Shown: positions 1 to 10,223, counted from the stretch's first letter. The stretch is DNA of 64,000 nt from Escherichia coli (GCF_965641715.1 NZ_OZ282453.1), one strand, 5' to 3'. The notes: a model not told the origin generated them from the sequence alone. A program made the numbers and translations.

Positions 1-35
1 GGAGGTAACCTCGGGCGAGCGCCCCGTTCAGCACA

Positions 36-944
36 CTAATTCTGCTGTAAAAAGTGCAGAAACTGACTTAAAGCATAAGAAGGCGTTTCGTTATTGCGCC
101 AGAACACTCCGACGCTACCTTTCTGTTCTATCTTTGGCAGGTTGAGTATCACCAGTTGTCCCTGGCTGGCATAACGTTGCGCCAGGCGTAATGACAAAAT
201 AGAGATCATATCGCTGCTTTGTAACAGGTTGGTACTGACGTTCATCGACGCCGACTCAATCGTGTTTTCTGGCAGCATTACGCCGTGGTCTACCAGCGCA
301 TTATCAATACTAATGCGAATGGGGGTACCCGTCGGCCAGACGATCCAGCGCCAGTTGGCAAGATCATTCCAGCTGAGGGTGGCGTATTTCGCCAGTGGGT
401 GCTCAGGGCGGGCGACAAAGCATACTGGCTCGGTGTACAGCACCTGATAATTCAGTGGCAGCTGCAATGCGCGACCGCCAATTCGCCCAACGACCACATC
501 GACAGAACCTGCCAATAGATCTTGCAGCAATGGGGTCATCACCTTCTCTTCGATATTCAGGTGTAGAGTTGGCATCTTCGTAAGCAAATGCAAAATCGCC
601 TGGGATACGCAGTCAGTGGCGACAGGAGAACAGCCAATTTTCAGACTGCCGACCAGTCCACCTTGTTTAAAACGGGCCAGTTCATGTTGCGATCGCTCCA
701 TGTCATTGATTAACCGTTGGGCATGTTGCAATAACAATTTGCCGCCTTCAGTCGGACGTAATCCTTTGCTGTGCCGCTCAAAAAGTGTGATTCCAATCTC
801 ATCTTCGAGTTGTGACAACCATTTCGAAAGCGCAGGTTGGGTGATATTCATCATTCGTGCGACATGGGTTAGATTGCCCTGTTCACCCAGCGCCACCAGC
901 ATTTCAAGGTGATGTAGTTTTAATTTTTGCGCCCAGTTCGCCAT
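36..944 (-). CDS. LysR-family transcriptional regulator, divergent from the catabolic operon (MhbR-like)
   Basis: N-terminal HTH (HLEMLVALGEQGNLTHVARMMNITQPALSKWL) and LysR substrate-binding region in the translation; start set at MANWAQ with GGAGG upstream, alternative start at 992; divergent from the transporter gene as in the Klebsiella mhb locus. Confidence 0.75.
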   Translation of the reverse strand: MANWAQKLKLHHLEMLVALGEQGNLTHVARMMNITQPALSKWLSQLEDEIGITLFERHSKGLRPTEGGKLLLQHAQRLINDMERSQHELARFKQGGLVGSLKIGCSPVATDCVSQAILHLLTKMPTLHLNIEEKVMTPLLQDLLAGSVDVVVGRIGGRALQLPLNYQVLYTEPVCFVARPEHPLAKYATLSWNDLANWRWIVWPTGTPIRISIDNALVDHGVMLPENTIESASMNVSTNLLQSSDMISILSLRLAQRYASQGQLVILNLPKIEQKGSVGVFWRNNETPSYALSQFLHFLQQN

Positions 945-1070
945 TTGCCATAACCTCCAGGTTATCTCTCTGCCCGAAATGCCATTGTACATCTCATCTC
1001 TTTAATCACAATATCGCAACATATACAAAACAAAAGAAACATCTACCTTACCTGCACTGAGGCATTTACT

Positions 1071-2429
1071 ATGACTCAACGACGTGATTTACAAGCACTT
1101 ATCGATGCTGCTCCGGTCGGCAAGATGCAGTGGCGCGTTATCATCTGCTGTTTTCTGGTGGTAATGCTCGATGGTTTTGACACCGCGGCTATCGGATTTA
1201 TCGCCCCTGATATTCGCACTCACTGGCAACTCACCGCAGGCGATCTCGCCCCGCTTTTTGGCGCGGGTCTGCTAGGATTAACCGCAGGCGCACTGCTTTG
1301 TGGCCCGTTGTCCGATCGCTTTGGTCGCAAGCGGGTGATTGAGCTGTGCGTCTTTTTGTTTGGCGCGTTAAGCCTCGCCTCGGCTTTCTCACCGGATCTG
1401 CAAACGCTGGTCTTCCTGCGCTTTCTCACCGGCCTGGGTCTGGGCGGCGCGATGCCGAACACCATCACCATGACCTCGGAGTATCTGCCTGCCCGCCGCC
1501 GCGGCGCGCTGGTGACGCTGATGTTTTGCGGCTTTACGCTGGGTTCGGCGTTTGGCGGGATTGTCAGTGCGCAGCTGGTGCCGGTGATTGGCTGGCACGG
1601 CATTCTGGTGTTGGGGGGCGTGTTACCGCTGATGCTGTTTGTCGCACTGCTGGTAGTTCTGCCGGAATCGCCACGCTGGCAGGTGCGCCGCCAGCTACCG
1701 CAGGCGGTGATTGCGAAAACCGTCAGCGCCATCACCCGCGAGCGTTATGTCGATACCCACTTTTATCTCATTGAATCAGCCTCCGTTACAAAAGGCAGCA
1801 TTCGTCAACTGTTTATGGGACGTCAGTTACCCATCACGTTGATGCTGTGGGTAGTGTTCTTTATGAGCCTGCTGATTATTTACCTGCTCTCAAGCTGGAT
1901 GCCGACGCTACTGAACCATCGCGGCATCGACCTGCAACACGCGTCCTGGGTCACCGCCGCGTTCCAGATTGGTGGTACGTTAGGCGCGCTGGCGCTGGGT
2001 GTGCTGATGGATAAGTTCAATCCTTTCCGCGTGCTGGCGCTGAGCTATGCCATAGGCGCTATATGCATCGTGATGATTGGCTTAAGCCAGGATGGATTAT
2101 GGTTGATGGCGCTGGCGATTTTCGGCACTGGCATTGGCATTAGCGGATCGCAGGTGGGGCTGAATGCGCTGACCGCAACACTTTATCCAACACAAAGTCG
2201 CGCCACGGGCGTGAGCTGGTCAAATGCTATCGGCCGCTGCGGCGCGATTGTTGGTTCGCTGTCTGGCGGCGTGATGATGGCGATGAATTTCTCTTTCGAC
2301 ACCCTGTTTTTCATTATCGCTGTGCCTGCGGCGATCAGTGCGGTGATGTTAACCCTGCTGATTACCGTGGTTCGCCAGTCGACCTCTGTCCCTGACTCAC
2401 TGCCTCGCGCAGGCGTTGTGAACGAATAA
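1071..2429 (+). CDS. MFS aromatic-acid transporter (3-hydroxybenzoate/gentisate transporter-like)
   Basis: 452 aa, multiple hydrophobic helices, MFS signature GRKRV loop, first gene of the catabolic operon. Confidence 0.8.
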   Translation: MTQRRDLQALIDAAPVGKMQWRVIICCFLVVMLDGFDTAAIGFIAPDIRTHWQLTAGDLAPLFGAGLLGLTAGALLCGPLSDRFGRKRVIELCVFLFGALSLASAFSPDLQTLVFLRFLTGLGLGGAMPNTITMTSEYLPARRRGALVTLMFCGFTLGSAFGGIVSAQLVPVIGWHGILVLGGVLPLMLFVALLVVLPESPRWQVRRQLPQAVIAKTVSAITRERYVDTHFYLIESASVTKGSIRQLFMGRQLPITLMLWVVFFMSLLIIYLLSSWMPTLLNHRGIDLQHASWVTAAFQIGGTLGALALGVLMDKFNPFRVLALSYAIGAICIVMIGLSQDGLWLMALAIFGTGIGISGSQVGLNALTATLYPTQSRATGVSWSNAIGRCGAIVGSLSGGVMMAMNFSFDTLFFIIAVPAAISAVMLTLLITVVRQSTSVPDSLPRAGVVNE

Positions 2430-2440
2430 GGAGCATCCCA

Positions 2441-3469
2441 ATGACTGATAACAATCAAAATAGCCGCGAGCAATTTTATCAGCATATTTCCGGGCAAAAC
2501 CTGACCCCGCTGTGGGAGTCACTGCACCATCTGGTGCCGAAAACGCCCAACGCTAACTGTGCGCCAGCGTACTGGAATTATCAGGAGATCCGCCCGCTGC
2601 TACTGGAGAGCGGCGGCCTGATTGGTGCGAAAGAGGCCGTGCGCCGCGTGCTGGTGCTGGAAAACCCGGCGCTGCGCGGGCAGTCTTCCATTACCGCGAC
2701 TTTATATGCCGGTTTGCAACTGATCATGCCGGGCGAAGTGGCACCGAGTCATCGTCATAATCAGTCGGCGCTGCGTTTTATTGTTGAAGGCAAAGGGGCA
2801 TTTACCGCCGTTGATGGCGAACGCACGCCAATGAATGAAGGCGATTTTATCCTGACCCCGCAGTGGCGCTGGCACGATCACGGTAACCCTGGCGACGAAC
2901 CGGTTATCTGGCTCGATGGGCTGGATCTGCCATTAGTGAATATTCTGGGCTGCGGTTTTGCCGAAGATTATCCGGAAGAGCAACAACCGGTAACGCGTAA
3001 AGAGGGAGATTATCTGCCGCGTTACGCTGCCAATATGTTGCCGCTGCGGCATCAGACGGGGAACTCCTCGCCGATCTTTAACTATCGTTATGACCGCAGC
3101 CGCGAAGTGCTGCACGATTTAACCCGACTGGGCGATGCCGACGAGTGGGATGGCTACAAAATGCGCTACGTCAACCCGGTCACCGGCGGCTATCCGATGC
3201 CGTCGATGGGCGCTTTCCTGCAACTGCTGCCGAAAGGGTTTGCCTCACGCGTTGCGCGTACCACTGACAGCACCATCTACCATGTGGTGGAAGGTAGCGG
3301 GCAGGTCATCATCGGCAATGAAACCTTCAGCTTTAGTGCAAAAGATATCTTCGTGGTGCCGACCTGGCATGGCGTGTCGTTCCATACCACGCAAGATTCC
3401 GTTTTATTTAGTTTTTCGGACAGACCGGTACAAGAAGCCCTGGGGCTGTTCCGCGAAGCGCGTTATTAA
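2441..3469 (+). CDS. gentisate 1,2-dioxygenase (bicupin)
   Basis: 342 aa; His-containing cupin motifs ([13 protein letters not shown].., WHDHGN); AAGGAG RBS 7 nt upstream; position in cluster. Confidence 0.85.
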   Translation: MTDNNQNSREQFYQHISGQNLTPLWESLHHLVPKTPNANCAPAYWNYQEIRPLLLESGGLIGAKEAVRRVLVLENPALRGQSSITATLYAGLQLIMPGEVAPSHRHNQSALRFIVEGKGAFTAVDGERTPMNEGDFILTPQWRWHDHGNPGDEPVIWLDGLDLPLVNILGCGFAEDYPEEQQPVTRKEGDYLPRYAANMLPLRHQTGNSSPIFNYRYDRSREVLHDLTRLGDADEWDGYKMRYVNPVTGGYPMPSMGAFLQLLPKGFASRVARTTDSTIYHVVEGSGQVIIGNETFSFSAKDIFVVPTWHGVSFHTTQDSVLFSFSDRPVQEALGLFREARY

Positions 3470-3484
3470 TTTAGGAGAGAAAAA

Positions 3485-4186
3485 ATGACTCAATACGTAT
3501 TCGAACCGCAAGCGCCCGTTACCGTACCGGTTGTTGGCAGTGATGAACAATTCCCCGTGCGCCGCGTTTACTGCGTCGGACGTAACTATGCCGCTCACGC
3601 CCGCGAAATGGGCTTTGATCCGGATCGTGAACCGCCATTCTTCTTCTGCAAACCGGCGGATGCCGTTGTTCCGGTTGCCGCTGGTGAAACGCTGGCGCTG
3701 CCGTATCCGGCACAGACCGATAACTACCATTACGAAATTGAACTGGTGGTGGCGATTGGTAAAAAAGGCAGCGATATCCCGCTGGAACACGCCCATGAAT
3801 ATGTCTGGGGTTATGCCACGGGTCTTGATATGACTCGGCGTGACCGTCAAATGGAAATGCGCCAGATGGGCCGCCCGTGGGAAATCGGTAAAGCGTTTGA
3901 TCTCTCAGCGCCCATCGCGCCGCTGCACAAAGCCCGCGATATCGGCGGTATTGATAATGCGCCAATCTGGTTACAGGTTAACGGCGAAGATCATCAGCGC
4001 AGCGATATTCGCCATCTCATCTGGTCGGTGAATGAAACCATCAGCTATCTGTCAGGCTTCTTTGAGCTGCAACCGGGCGATCTGATCTTCACCGGTACGC
4101 CGGAAGGGGTTGGCCCGGTAGTGAAAGGTGATGTGATCACAGGCAACGTCGAGGGCTTAACGCCTATCGCGGTGAAGATTGTCTGA
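3485..4186 (+). CDS. fumarylpyruvate hydrolase (FAH family)
   Basis: 233 aa FAH-fold translation ([25 protein letters not shown]); AGGAGA RBS. Confidence 0.8.
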   Translation: MTQYVFEPQAPVTVPVVGSDEQFPVRRVYCVGRNYAAHAREMGFDPDREPPFFFCKPADAVVPVAAGETLALPYPAQTDNYHYEIELVVAIGKKGSDIPLEHAHEYVWGYATGLDMTRRDRQMEMRQMGRPWEIGKAFDLSAPIAPLHKARDIGGIDNAPIWLQVNGEDHQRSDIRHLIWSVNETISYLSGFFELQPGDLIFTGTPEGVGPVVKGDVITGNVEGLTPIAVKIV

Positions 4187-4191
4187 GGTGC

Positions 4192-4839
4192 ATGATGAAG
4201 CTGTACAGTTTTTTTAATAGTTCAGCGTCGTACCGGGTACGCATTGCGCTGGCGCTGAAAGGCATTAATTACCAGACCGAAGGGGTGAATATCCGTATTG
4301 GTCAGCAAAATGAACTGGCCTATCGGCGGATGAATCCGGTCGGGCTGGTGCCGACGCTGCTGACTGACGAGGGCGAATCACTCGGACAATCGCTGGCGAT
4401 TATTGACTGGCTGGAGAGGCACTACCCGCAAGTTCCGCTGGTGCCGCAGGAAGAACCGGCCCGCAACAAGGTGCTGGAAATTGTCTATGCCATCGCTTGT
4501 GATATTCATCCATTGAATAACTTGCGCGTGCTGCGCTACCTGACCGAAGAACTGAACGTCAGTGAAGAAGAAAAAAAACGTTGGTATGCGCACTGGATCC
4601 AGCAAGGGTTAAGCGCGGTGGAACAACTGTTGCGCCAGAACCAGTCGGGGCAATTTTGTGTGGGCGAGACGCCGACGCTGGCAGATTGCTGCCTTGTCCC
4701 GCAGTGGGCGAACGCGCTACGCATGAACTGCGATTTGAGCGGGTATCCACGCTGCAAAGCGGTGTACGACGCCTGCACACAGCTGCCAGCGTTCATTGCC
4801 GCAGCGCCAGAAAATCAACAAGATAAAATTTCAGCCTGA
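4192..4839 (+). CDS. maleylpyruvate isomerase (GST zeta-like)
   Basis: 215 aa with GST N-terminal thioredoxin-like fold (KLYSFFNSSASYRVRIALALKG); start may be the second ATG at 4195. Confidence 0.8.
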   Translation: MMKLYSFFNSSASYRVRIALALKGINYQTEGVNIRIGQQNELAYRRMNPVGLVPTLLTDEGESLGQSLAIIDWLERHYPQVPLVPQEEPARNKVLEIVYAIACDIHPLNNLRVLRYLTEELNVSEEEKKRWYAHWIQQGLSAVEQLLRQNQSGQFCVGETPTLADCCLVPQWANALRMNCDLSGYPRCKAVYDACTQLPAFIAAAPENQQDKISA

Positions 4840-4853
4840 CCAGGAGAACTATA

Positions 4854-6047
4854 ATGACGAAAGTGACACGCGCAGTAATTGTGGGAGGCGGGATCGGCGG
4901 TGCGGCAACTGCGCTGTCACTGGCCCGCCTGGGGATCAAAGTGGTGCTGCTGGAAAAGGCGCATGAGATCGGTGAGATTGGCGCGGGCATCCAGTTGGGG
5001 CCAAATGCGTTTTCGGCGCTGGACAGCCTCGGCGTCGGCGAAGTTGCCCGCCAGCGCGCGGTGTTTACCGATCACATTACCATGATGGATGCGGTGAACG
5101 CCGAAGAAGTGGTGTGCATTGAAACCGGGCAGGCCTTTCGTGACCATTTCGGCGGCCCTTACGCGGTGATCCACCGGGTTGATATTCACGCCTCGGTGTG
5201 GGAAGCGGTACTGACGCATCCGGACGTGGAATATCACACCTCCACCAACGTCGTGGATATTCGCGAGACGGAAGACGATGTCACCGTGTTTGACGATCGC
5301 GGCAATAGCTGGACCGGCGATATTCTGATTGGCTGTGACGGCGTGAAGTCAGTGGTGCGCCAGAGCTTATTGGGCGATGCGCCGCGTGTCACCGGACATG
5401 TTGTCTACCGTGCGGTTATCGATCGTGCCGATATGCCGGAAGATTTGCGCATTAACGCACCGGTACTGTGGGCGGGGCCGCATTGTCACTTGGTGCATTA
5501 CCCTTTGCGCGGCGGCAAGCAGTATAACCTGGTGGTAACATTCCACAGCCGCCAGCAGGAAGAGTGGGGCGTGAAGGATGGTAGTAAAGAGGAAGTGCTC
5601 TCTTACTTTGAAGGGATTCACCCCCGTCCGCGCCAGATGTTGGATAAACCGACTTCATGGCGACGCTGGTCAACCGCTGACCGTGAACCGGTGGCGAAGT
5701 GGGGAACGAAGCGCATAACGCTTGTGGGCGATTCGGCCCATCCGGTGGCGCAATATATGGCGCAGGGAGCCTGTATGGCGCTGGAAGATGCAGTAACGCT
5801 GGGTAAGGCGCTGGCGCAGTGTGAGGGTGATGCGGCGCAAGCCTTTGCGCTGTATGAGTCGGTACGAATTCCGCGCACCGCGCGCATCGTCTGGTCGACC
5901 CGTGAAATGGGGCGGGTTTACCACGCCGCAGGGGTAGAACGCCAGGTACGTAATCTGCTGTGGAAAGGGAAATCGCAGGCAGAATTTTATCGCGGCATGG
6001 AGTGGTTGTACGGCTGGAAAGAAGATAACTGTTTGCAACCACGCTGA
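4854..6047 (+). CDS. 3-hydroxybenzoate 6-hydroxylase (FAD-dependent monooxygenase)
   Basis: 397 aa; N-terminal FAD fingerprint VIVGGGIGGAATALSLARLG; DG and GD FAD motifs (GCDGVKS, LVGDSAHP). Confidence 0.85.
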   Translation: MTKVTRAVIVGGGIGGAATALSLARLGIKVVLLEKAHEIGEIGAGIQLGPNAFSALDSLGVGEVARQRAVFTDHITMMDAVNAEEVVCIETGQAFRDHFGGPYAVIHRVDIHASVWEAVLTHPDVEYHTSTNVVDIRETEDDVTVFDDRGNSWTGDILIGCDGVKSVVRQSLLGDAPRVTGHVVYRAVIDRADMPEDLRINAPVLWAGPHCHLVHYPLRGGKQYNLVVTFHSRQQEEWGVKDGSKEEVLSYFEGIHPRPRQMLDKPTSWRRWSTADREPVAKWGTKRITLVGDSAHPVAQYMAQGACMALEDAVTLGKALAQCEGDAAQAFALYESVRIPRTARIVWSTREMGRVYHAAGVERQVRNLLWKGKSQAEFYRGMEWLYGWKEDNCLQPR

Positions 6048-6157
6048 GCACTTCTTCACCCAATCAGGCGGTCCCCTCGCCCCTTCGGGAGAGGGTTAGG
6101 GTGAGGGTAAAAATCTTGCCCGAATTAATCAGTAAGTCAGTTTGTCTGCAAACACAG

Positions 6158-6186
6158 GAGGCGCTAACATAGCGCCTCATTTTTTT
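6158..6186 (+). terminator. intrinsic terminator-like hairpin (GAGGCGCTA-aca-TAGCGCCTC) followed by ATTTTTTT, 12 nt before the dusC start
   Basis: perfect 9-bp inverted repeat plus T7 run read directly from the sequence. Confidence 0.6.
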
Positions 6187-6198
6187 GCGGGTGATGAT

Positions 6199-7149
6199 AT
6201 GCGTGTGTTACTGGCACCGATGGAGGGAGTGCTTGACTCTCTGGTGCGTGAATTGCTGACCGAAGTTAACGACTACGATCTGTGCATCACCGAGTTTGTC
6301 CGCGTGGTGGATCAACTGCTGCCGGTAAAAGTCTTTCATCGCATTTGCCCTGAGTTACAAAACGCCAGCCGGACACCATCCGGTACGCTGGTGCGCGTTC
6401 AGTTGTTAGGTCAGTTCCCACAATGGCTGGCAGAGAACGCCGCCCGTGCGGTGGAATTAGGTTCCTGGGGCGTGGATCTCAATTGCGGCTGCCCGTCGAA
6501 AACGGTTAACGGTAGCGGTGGTGGGGCGACGTTACTCAAAGATCCTGAACTCATCTACCAGGGTGCAAAAGCGATGCGCGAAGCTGTACCGGCGCATTTG
6601 CCCGTCAGCGTGAAAGTGCGTCTGGGCTGGGACAGCGGTGAGAAGAAATTTGAAATCGCCGATGCGGTTCAACAGGCTGGTGCTACGGAGCTGGTGGTGC
6701 ATGGACGGACAAAAGAGCAGGGTTACCGCGCGGAGCATATTGACTGGCAGGCGATTGGCGAGATTCGCCAGCGGCTGAATATTCCGGTGATTGCCAACGG
6801 CGAAATCTGGGACTGGCAGAGCGCGCAACAATGCATTGCGATCAGCGGCTGCGACGCAGTGATGATTGGTCGCGGGGCGCTCAATATTCCCAACCTGAGC
6901 CGGGTAGTAAAATATAACGAACCGCGAATGCCGTGGCCGGAGGTGGTTGCTTTGCTGCAAAAATATACCCGTCTGGAAAAGCAGGGCGATACCGGGTTAT
7001 ATCACGTAGCGCGGATTAAACAGTGGTTGAGTTATTTGCGTAAAGAATACGATGAAGCAACGGAATTATTTCAGCATGTTCGGGTGTTGAATAATTCCCC
7101 TGATATTGCAAGGGCTATTCAGGCAATTGATATCGATAAGCTGCGATAA
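6199..7149 (+). CDS. dusC: tRNA-dihydrouridine(16) synthase DusC
   Basis: translation from [13 protein letters not shown] matches remembered DusC (315 aa); longer ORF from 6142 would place the hairpin and T-run inside the CDS. Confidence 0.93.
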   Translation: MRVLLAPMEGVLDSLVRELLTEVNDYDLCITEFVRVVDQLLPVKVFHRICPELQNASRTPSGTLVRVQLLGQFPQWLAENAARAVELGSWGVDLNCGCPSKTVNGSGGGATLLKDPELIYQGAKAMREAVPAHLPVSVKVRLGWDSGEKKFEIADAVQQAGATELVVHGRTKEQGYRAEHIDWQAIGEIRQRLNIPVIANGEIWDWQSAQQCIAISGCDAVMIGRGALNIPNLSRVVKYNEPRMPWPEVVALLQKYTRLEKQGDTGLYHVARIKQWLSYLRKEYDEATELFQHVRVLNNSPDIARAIQAIDIDKLR

Positions 7150-7536
7150 TAGTGGAATCGCAGTTTATCAGAGACAATGAATCGCTTATTCAGCGTCATC
7201 ATCTTGTTGCGCTCCTTTCATGAGCTAAGCCACATATTGCCACTGGCGCAAGGAGCGCGCAGGGGGAGGACAATCGCCTCCTCCCCCTGCACCCCCGGGC
7301 TCTGGCGAACAAAATCGCCGCTGCGCGGTACCTTCAGCTTATCCCCTTCGGCTACCGGGTCGGGCGCGAGGAAACGTCCTTGTAAGACGCGCCCTCAGCC
7401 CACATCCATGTGGGCTGCCCCGGCCTTCGGGGAACGCTTCAGCGATTTTGACGCCACCAACACCGGAGCTGTTTGCAAATCAAGTACACAAAATATCTAG
7501 TTCCTGACCTGACAACTTATATGCCATATCTGATTT

Positions 7537-7620
7537 TTAAAATATCATCTTAAATACGCCAGTCACCACCAGTAGCCCAATCAGGAAAATAATCAATACA
7601 GCCCAGAGTATAATTTTCAT
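7537..7620 (-). CDS. yohP: small membrane protein YohP (27 aa)
   Basis: minus-strand ORF translating to MKIILWAVLIIFLIGLLVVTGVFKMIF, verified codon by codon; AGGA RBS upstream; not in the ORF track (below length cutoff). Confidence 0.7.
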   Translation of the reverse strand: MKIILWAVLIIFLIGLLVVTGVFKMIF

Positions 7621-7843
7621 TGGCGTTCCTTTATTTGTGAGTGCTGAATAAGTATAGGAAAAAACGAAGCCCTTTGCCGTTATCCATAAACGATTAAGAT
7701 AAATCGGAAGATATCATTTACTTAGTGTATATTTTTCTGGATATGTCGTTTTATTGCTACTGATGTATTGCCACGCGGAACTAAAAAATATATCGCAACA
7801 CACGGTAATCTCCGCGCACCTTTTCTTACCTGATTATTCCCCC

Positions 7844-9280
7844 ATGAATCGTGATTCCTTTTATCCAGCCATCGCCTGTTTTCCGCTGTTACTGATGCTG
7901 ACCGGGTGTGCGCCTATGCATGAAACCCGCCAGGCGTTAAGCCAGCAAACGCCCGCTGCACAAGTTGACACCGCATTACCCACGGCGCTGAAAAATGGTT
8001 GGCCAGACAGCCAATGGTGGCTGGAGTATCACGATAATCAACTCACTTCATTAATTAACAATGCACTACAGAACGCACCGGATATGCAGGTGGCTGAACA
8101 GCGCATTCAGCTAGCTGAAGCCCAGGCGAAGGCAATTGCCACTCAGGATGGTCCGCAGATCGACTTTTCTGCGGATATGGAGCGGCAAAAAATGTCGGCA
8201 GAAGGGCTAATGGGGCCGTTTGCTCTGAACGATCCGGCCGCAGGTACGACCGGTCCGTGGTACACCAACGGAACTTTTGGCTTAACGGCGGGCTGGCATC
8301 TCGATATCTGGGGAAAGAATCGGGCGGAGGTTACTGCCCGCCTGGGTACGGTTAAAGCACGGGCGGCGGAACGCGAGCAAACCCGCCAATTGCTGGCTGG
8401 CAGCGTAGCCCGCCTGTACTGGGAGTGGCAAACCCAGGCGGCGTTAAACACGGTCTTGCAGCAAATCGAAAAAGAGCAGAACACCATTATCGCGACCGAT
8501 CGCCAGCTATATCAGAACGGGATTACTTCTTCAGTTGAAGGTGTGGAAACCGATATTAATGCCAGCAAAACCCGGCAGCAGCTCAACGATGTCGCGGGGA
8601 AAATGAAAATTATTGAGGCACGGTTAAGCGCACTTACAAATCACCAGACAAAGTCATTGAAGCTTAAACCGGTCGCGTTGCCGAAAGTGGCAAGCCAGCT
8701 TCCTGATGAACTGGGGTACTCCTTACTGGCCCGGCGGGCAGATTTGCAGGCGGCGCACTGGTACGTTGAGTCATCGCTAAGCACCATTGATGCGGCAAAA
8801 GCGGCATTTTATCCTGACATCAACCTGATGGCCTTCCTGCAACAGGATGCGTTGCACTTAAGCGATCTGTTCCGTCATTCCGCGCAGCAAATGGGCGTTA
8901 CGGCAGGCCTGACGCTACCCATTTTCGATAGTGGTCGTCTTAACGCCAATCTCGATATCGCAAAAGCCGAAAGCAACTTGTCTATCGCCAGCTACAACAA
9001 AGCGGTGGTTGAAGCGGTGAATGACGTGGCGCGGGCAGCCAGTCAGGTTCAGACACTGGCGGAGAAAAACCAGCATCAGGCGCAAATTGAGCGCGATGCC
9101 TTGCGTGTGGTAGGTCTTGCGCAGGCCCGCTTTAACGCGGGCATCATTGCTGGTTCCCGCGTCAGCGAAGCCAGAATCCCCGCGCTGCGTGAGCGGGCCA
9201 ATGGCCTGTTATTGCAAGGGCAGTGGCTGGATGCCTCCATTCAACTCACTGGTGCGTTGGGCGGGGGTTACAAACGCTGA
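7844..9280 (+). CDS. mdtQ: outer-membrane efflux lipoprotein (OMF/NodT family), uninterrupted
   Basis: 478 aa; lipoprotein signal with lipobox LTGC; OMF coiled-coil repeats; single open frame. Confidence 0.85.
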   Translation: MNRDSFYPAIACFPLLLMLTGCAPMHETRQALSQQTPAAQVDTALPTALKNGWPDSQWWLEYHDNQLTSLINNALQNAPDMQVAEQRIQLAEAQAKAIATQDGPQIDFSADMERQKMSAEGLMGPFALNDPAAGTTGPWYTNGTFGLTAGWHLDIWGKNRAEVTARLGTVKARAAEREQTRQLLAGSVARLYWEWQTQAALNTVLQQIEKEQNTIIATDRQLYQNGITSSVEGVETDINASKTRQQLNDVAGKMKIIEARLSALTNHQTKSLKLKPVALPKVASQLPDELGYSLLARRADLQAAHWYVESSLSTIDAAKAAFYPDINLMAFLQQDALHLSDLFRHSAQQMGVTAGLTLPIFDSGRLNANLDIAKAESNLSIASYNKAVVEAVNDVARAASQVQTLAEKNQHQAQIERDALRVVGLAQARFNAGIIAGSRVSEARIPALRERANGLLLQGQWLDASIQLTGALGGGYKR

Positions 9281-9332
9281 TGATATGTGACTTCTATACT
9301 TAACGTTTATTCAGCGTTAAGTGGAGAACTCG

Positions 9333-10094
9333 ATGGCACAGGTAGCGATTATTACCGCCTCCGATTCGGGGATCGGCAAAGAGTGCGCGTTATTACTGGC
9401 GCAGCAAGGGTTTGATATTGGCATTACCTGGCACTCTGATGAAGAAGGGGCAAAAGATACCGCGCGTGAGGTGGTTAGCCACGGCGTACGTGCGGAGATC
9501 GTGCAACTGGATCTCGGCAATCTGCCAGAAGGTGCGCAGGCGCTGGAGAAACTCATTCAACGGCTGGGGCGTATTGATGTGCTGGTGAATAATGCGGGCG
9601 CAATGACCAAAGCGCCGTTTCTTGATATGGCTTTCGATGAGTGGCGCAAGATTTTTACCGTTGATGTCGATGGTGCATTTTTATGCTCACAAATTGCGGC
9701 CCGCCAGATGGTGAAACAAGGGCAGGGCGGTCGCATCATCAACATTACGTCGGTACATGAACATACGCCGCTGCCGGATGCCAGCGCCTACACAGCCGCT
9801 AAACATGCGCTCGGTGGGTTAACCAAAGCGATGGCGCTGGAGCTGGTCAGACATAAGATTTTGGTGAACGCAGTCGCGCCTGGGGCGATCGCCACGCCAA
9901 TGAATGGCATGGATGACAGCGACGTGAAGCCCGACGCGGAGCCTTCGATTCCTCTGCGGCGTTTTGGCGCAACGCATGAGATTGCCAGCCTGGTAGCGTG
10001 GCTGTGCTCAGAGGGCGCAAATTACACCACCGGGCAGTCGTTGATAGTGGATGGCGGCTTTATGTTGGCGAATCCGCAGTTCAACCCAGAATAG
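9333..10094 (+). CDS. yohF: short-chain dehydrogenase/reductase YohF
   Basis: Rossmann TASDSGIGKECA, catalytic YxxxK (YTAAKHA); start at MAQVAII with GGAG RBS. Confidence 0.9.
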   Translation: MAQVAIITASDSGIGKECALLLAQQGFDIGITWHSDEEGAKDTAREVVSHGVRAEIVQLDLGNLPEGAQALEKLIQRLGRIDVLVNNAGAMTKAPFLDMAFDEWRKIFTVDVDGAFLCSQIAARQMVKQGQGGRIINITSVHEHTPLPDASAYTAAKHALGGLTKAMALELVRHKILVNAVAPGAIATPMNGMDDSDVKPDAEPSIPLRRFGATHEIASLVAWLCSEGANYTTGQSLIVDGGFMLANPQFNPE

Positions 10095-10134
10095 CGCAGT
10101 GAGGTGCGTGGTTATTTCAATGGGTAAAATTTTG

Positions 10135-10214
10135 GTAGGCATGATAAGACGCACAAGCGTCGCATCAGGCATGGTGCCCCGGATGTCGGATGCGGCGCGA
10201 ACGCCTTATCCAGG
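10135..10214. repeat. BIME: two REP units (GATAAGACGCACAAGCGTCGCATCAGGC and CGGATGCGGCGCGAACGCCTTATCC)
   Basis: REP consensus-like palindromes between convergent yohF and yohD. Confidence 0.7.
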
Positions 10215-10223
10215 GCAATGGTT

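Noticed and set aside
1220-1774. Several 70-170-aa ORFs in alternative frames over the MFS transporter gene
   Set aside because: GC-rich frame artefacts (Arg/Pro/Ala-rich); the transporter frame has clear membrane-protein character
5452-6063. 203-aa and 129-aa minus-strand ORFs over the hydroxylase gene
   Set aside because: Antisense to a well-supported FAD monooxygenase; Pro/Arg-rich low-complexity translations
6142-6198. N-terminal extension of dusC from the longest-ORF start
   Set aside because: Would place a perfect terminator hairpin and T7 run inside the coding sequence; the conserved Dus N-terminus begins at [10 protein letters not shown] (6199)
36-6198. Mobile-element boundary of the catabolic island
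   Set aside because: No integrase, transposase, tRNA target or direct repeats are visible in the window; the left boundary is outside the window, so mobility cannot be assessed
7177-7500. 107-aa ORF downstream of dusC
   Set aside because: Lies in a GC-rich palindromic block; translation is low-complexity Arg/Pro/Ser-rich; no RBS
10135-10214. Possible CRISPR-like palindromic repeats (also at 16987-17021 and 62596-62708)
   Set aside because: They match REP/BIME consensus, are intergenic singletons or small clusters with irregular spacing, and have no associated cas genes
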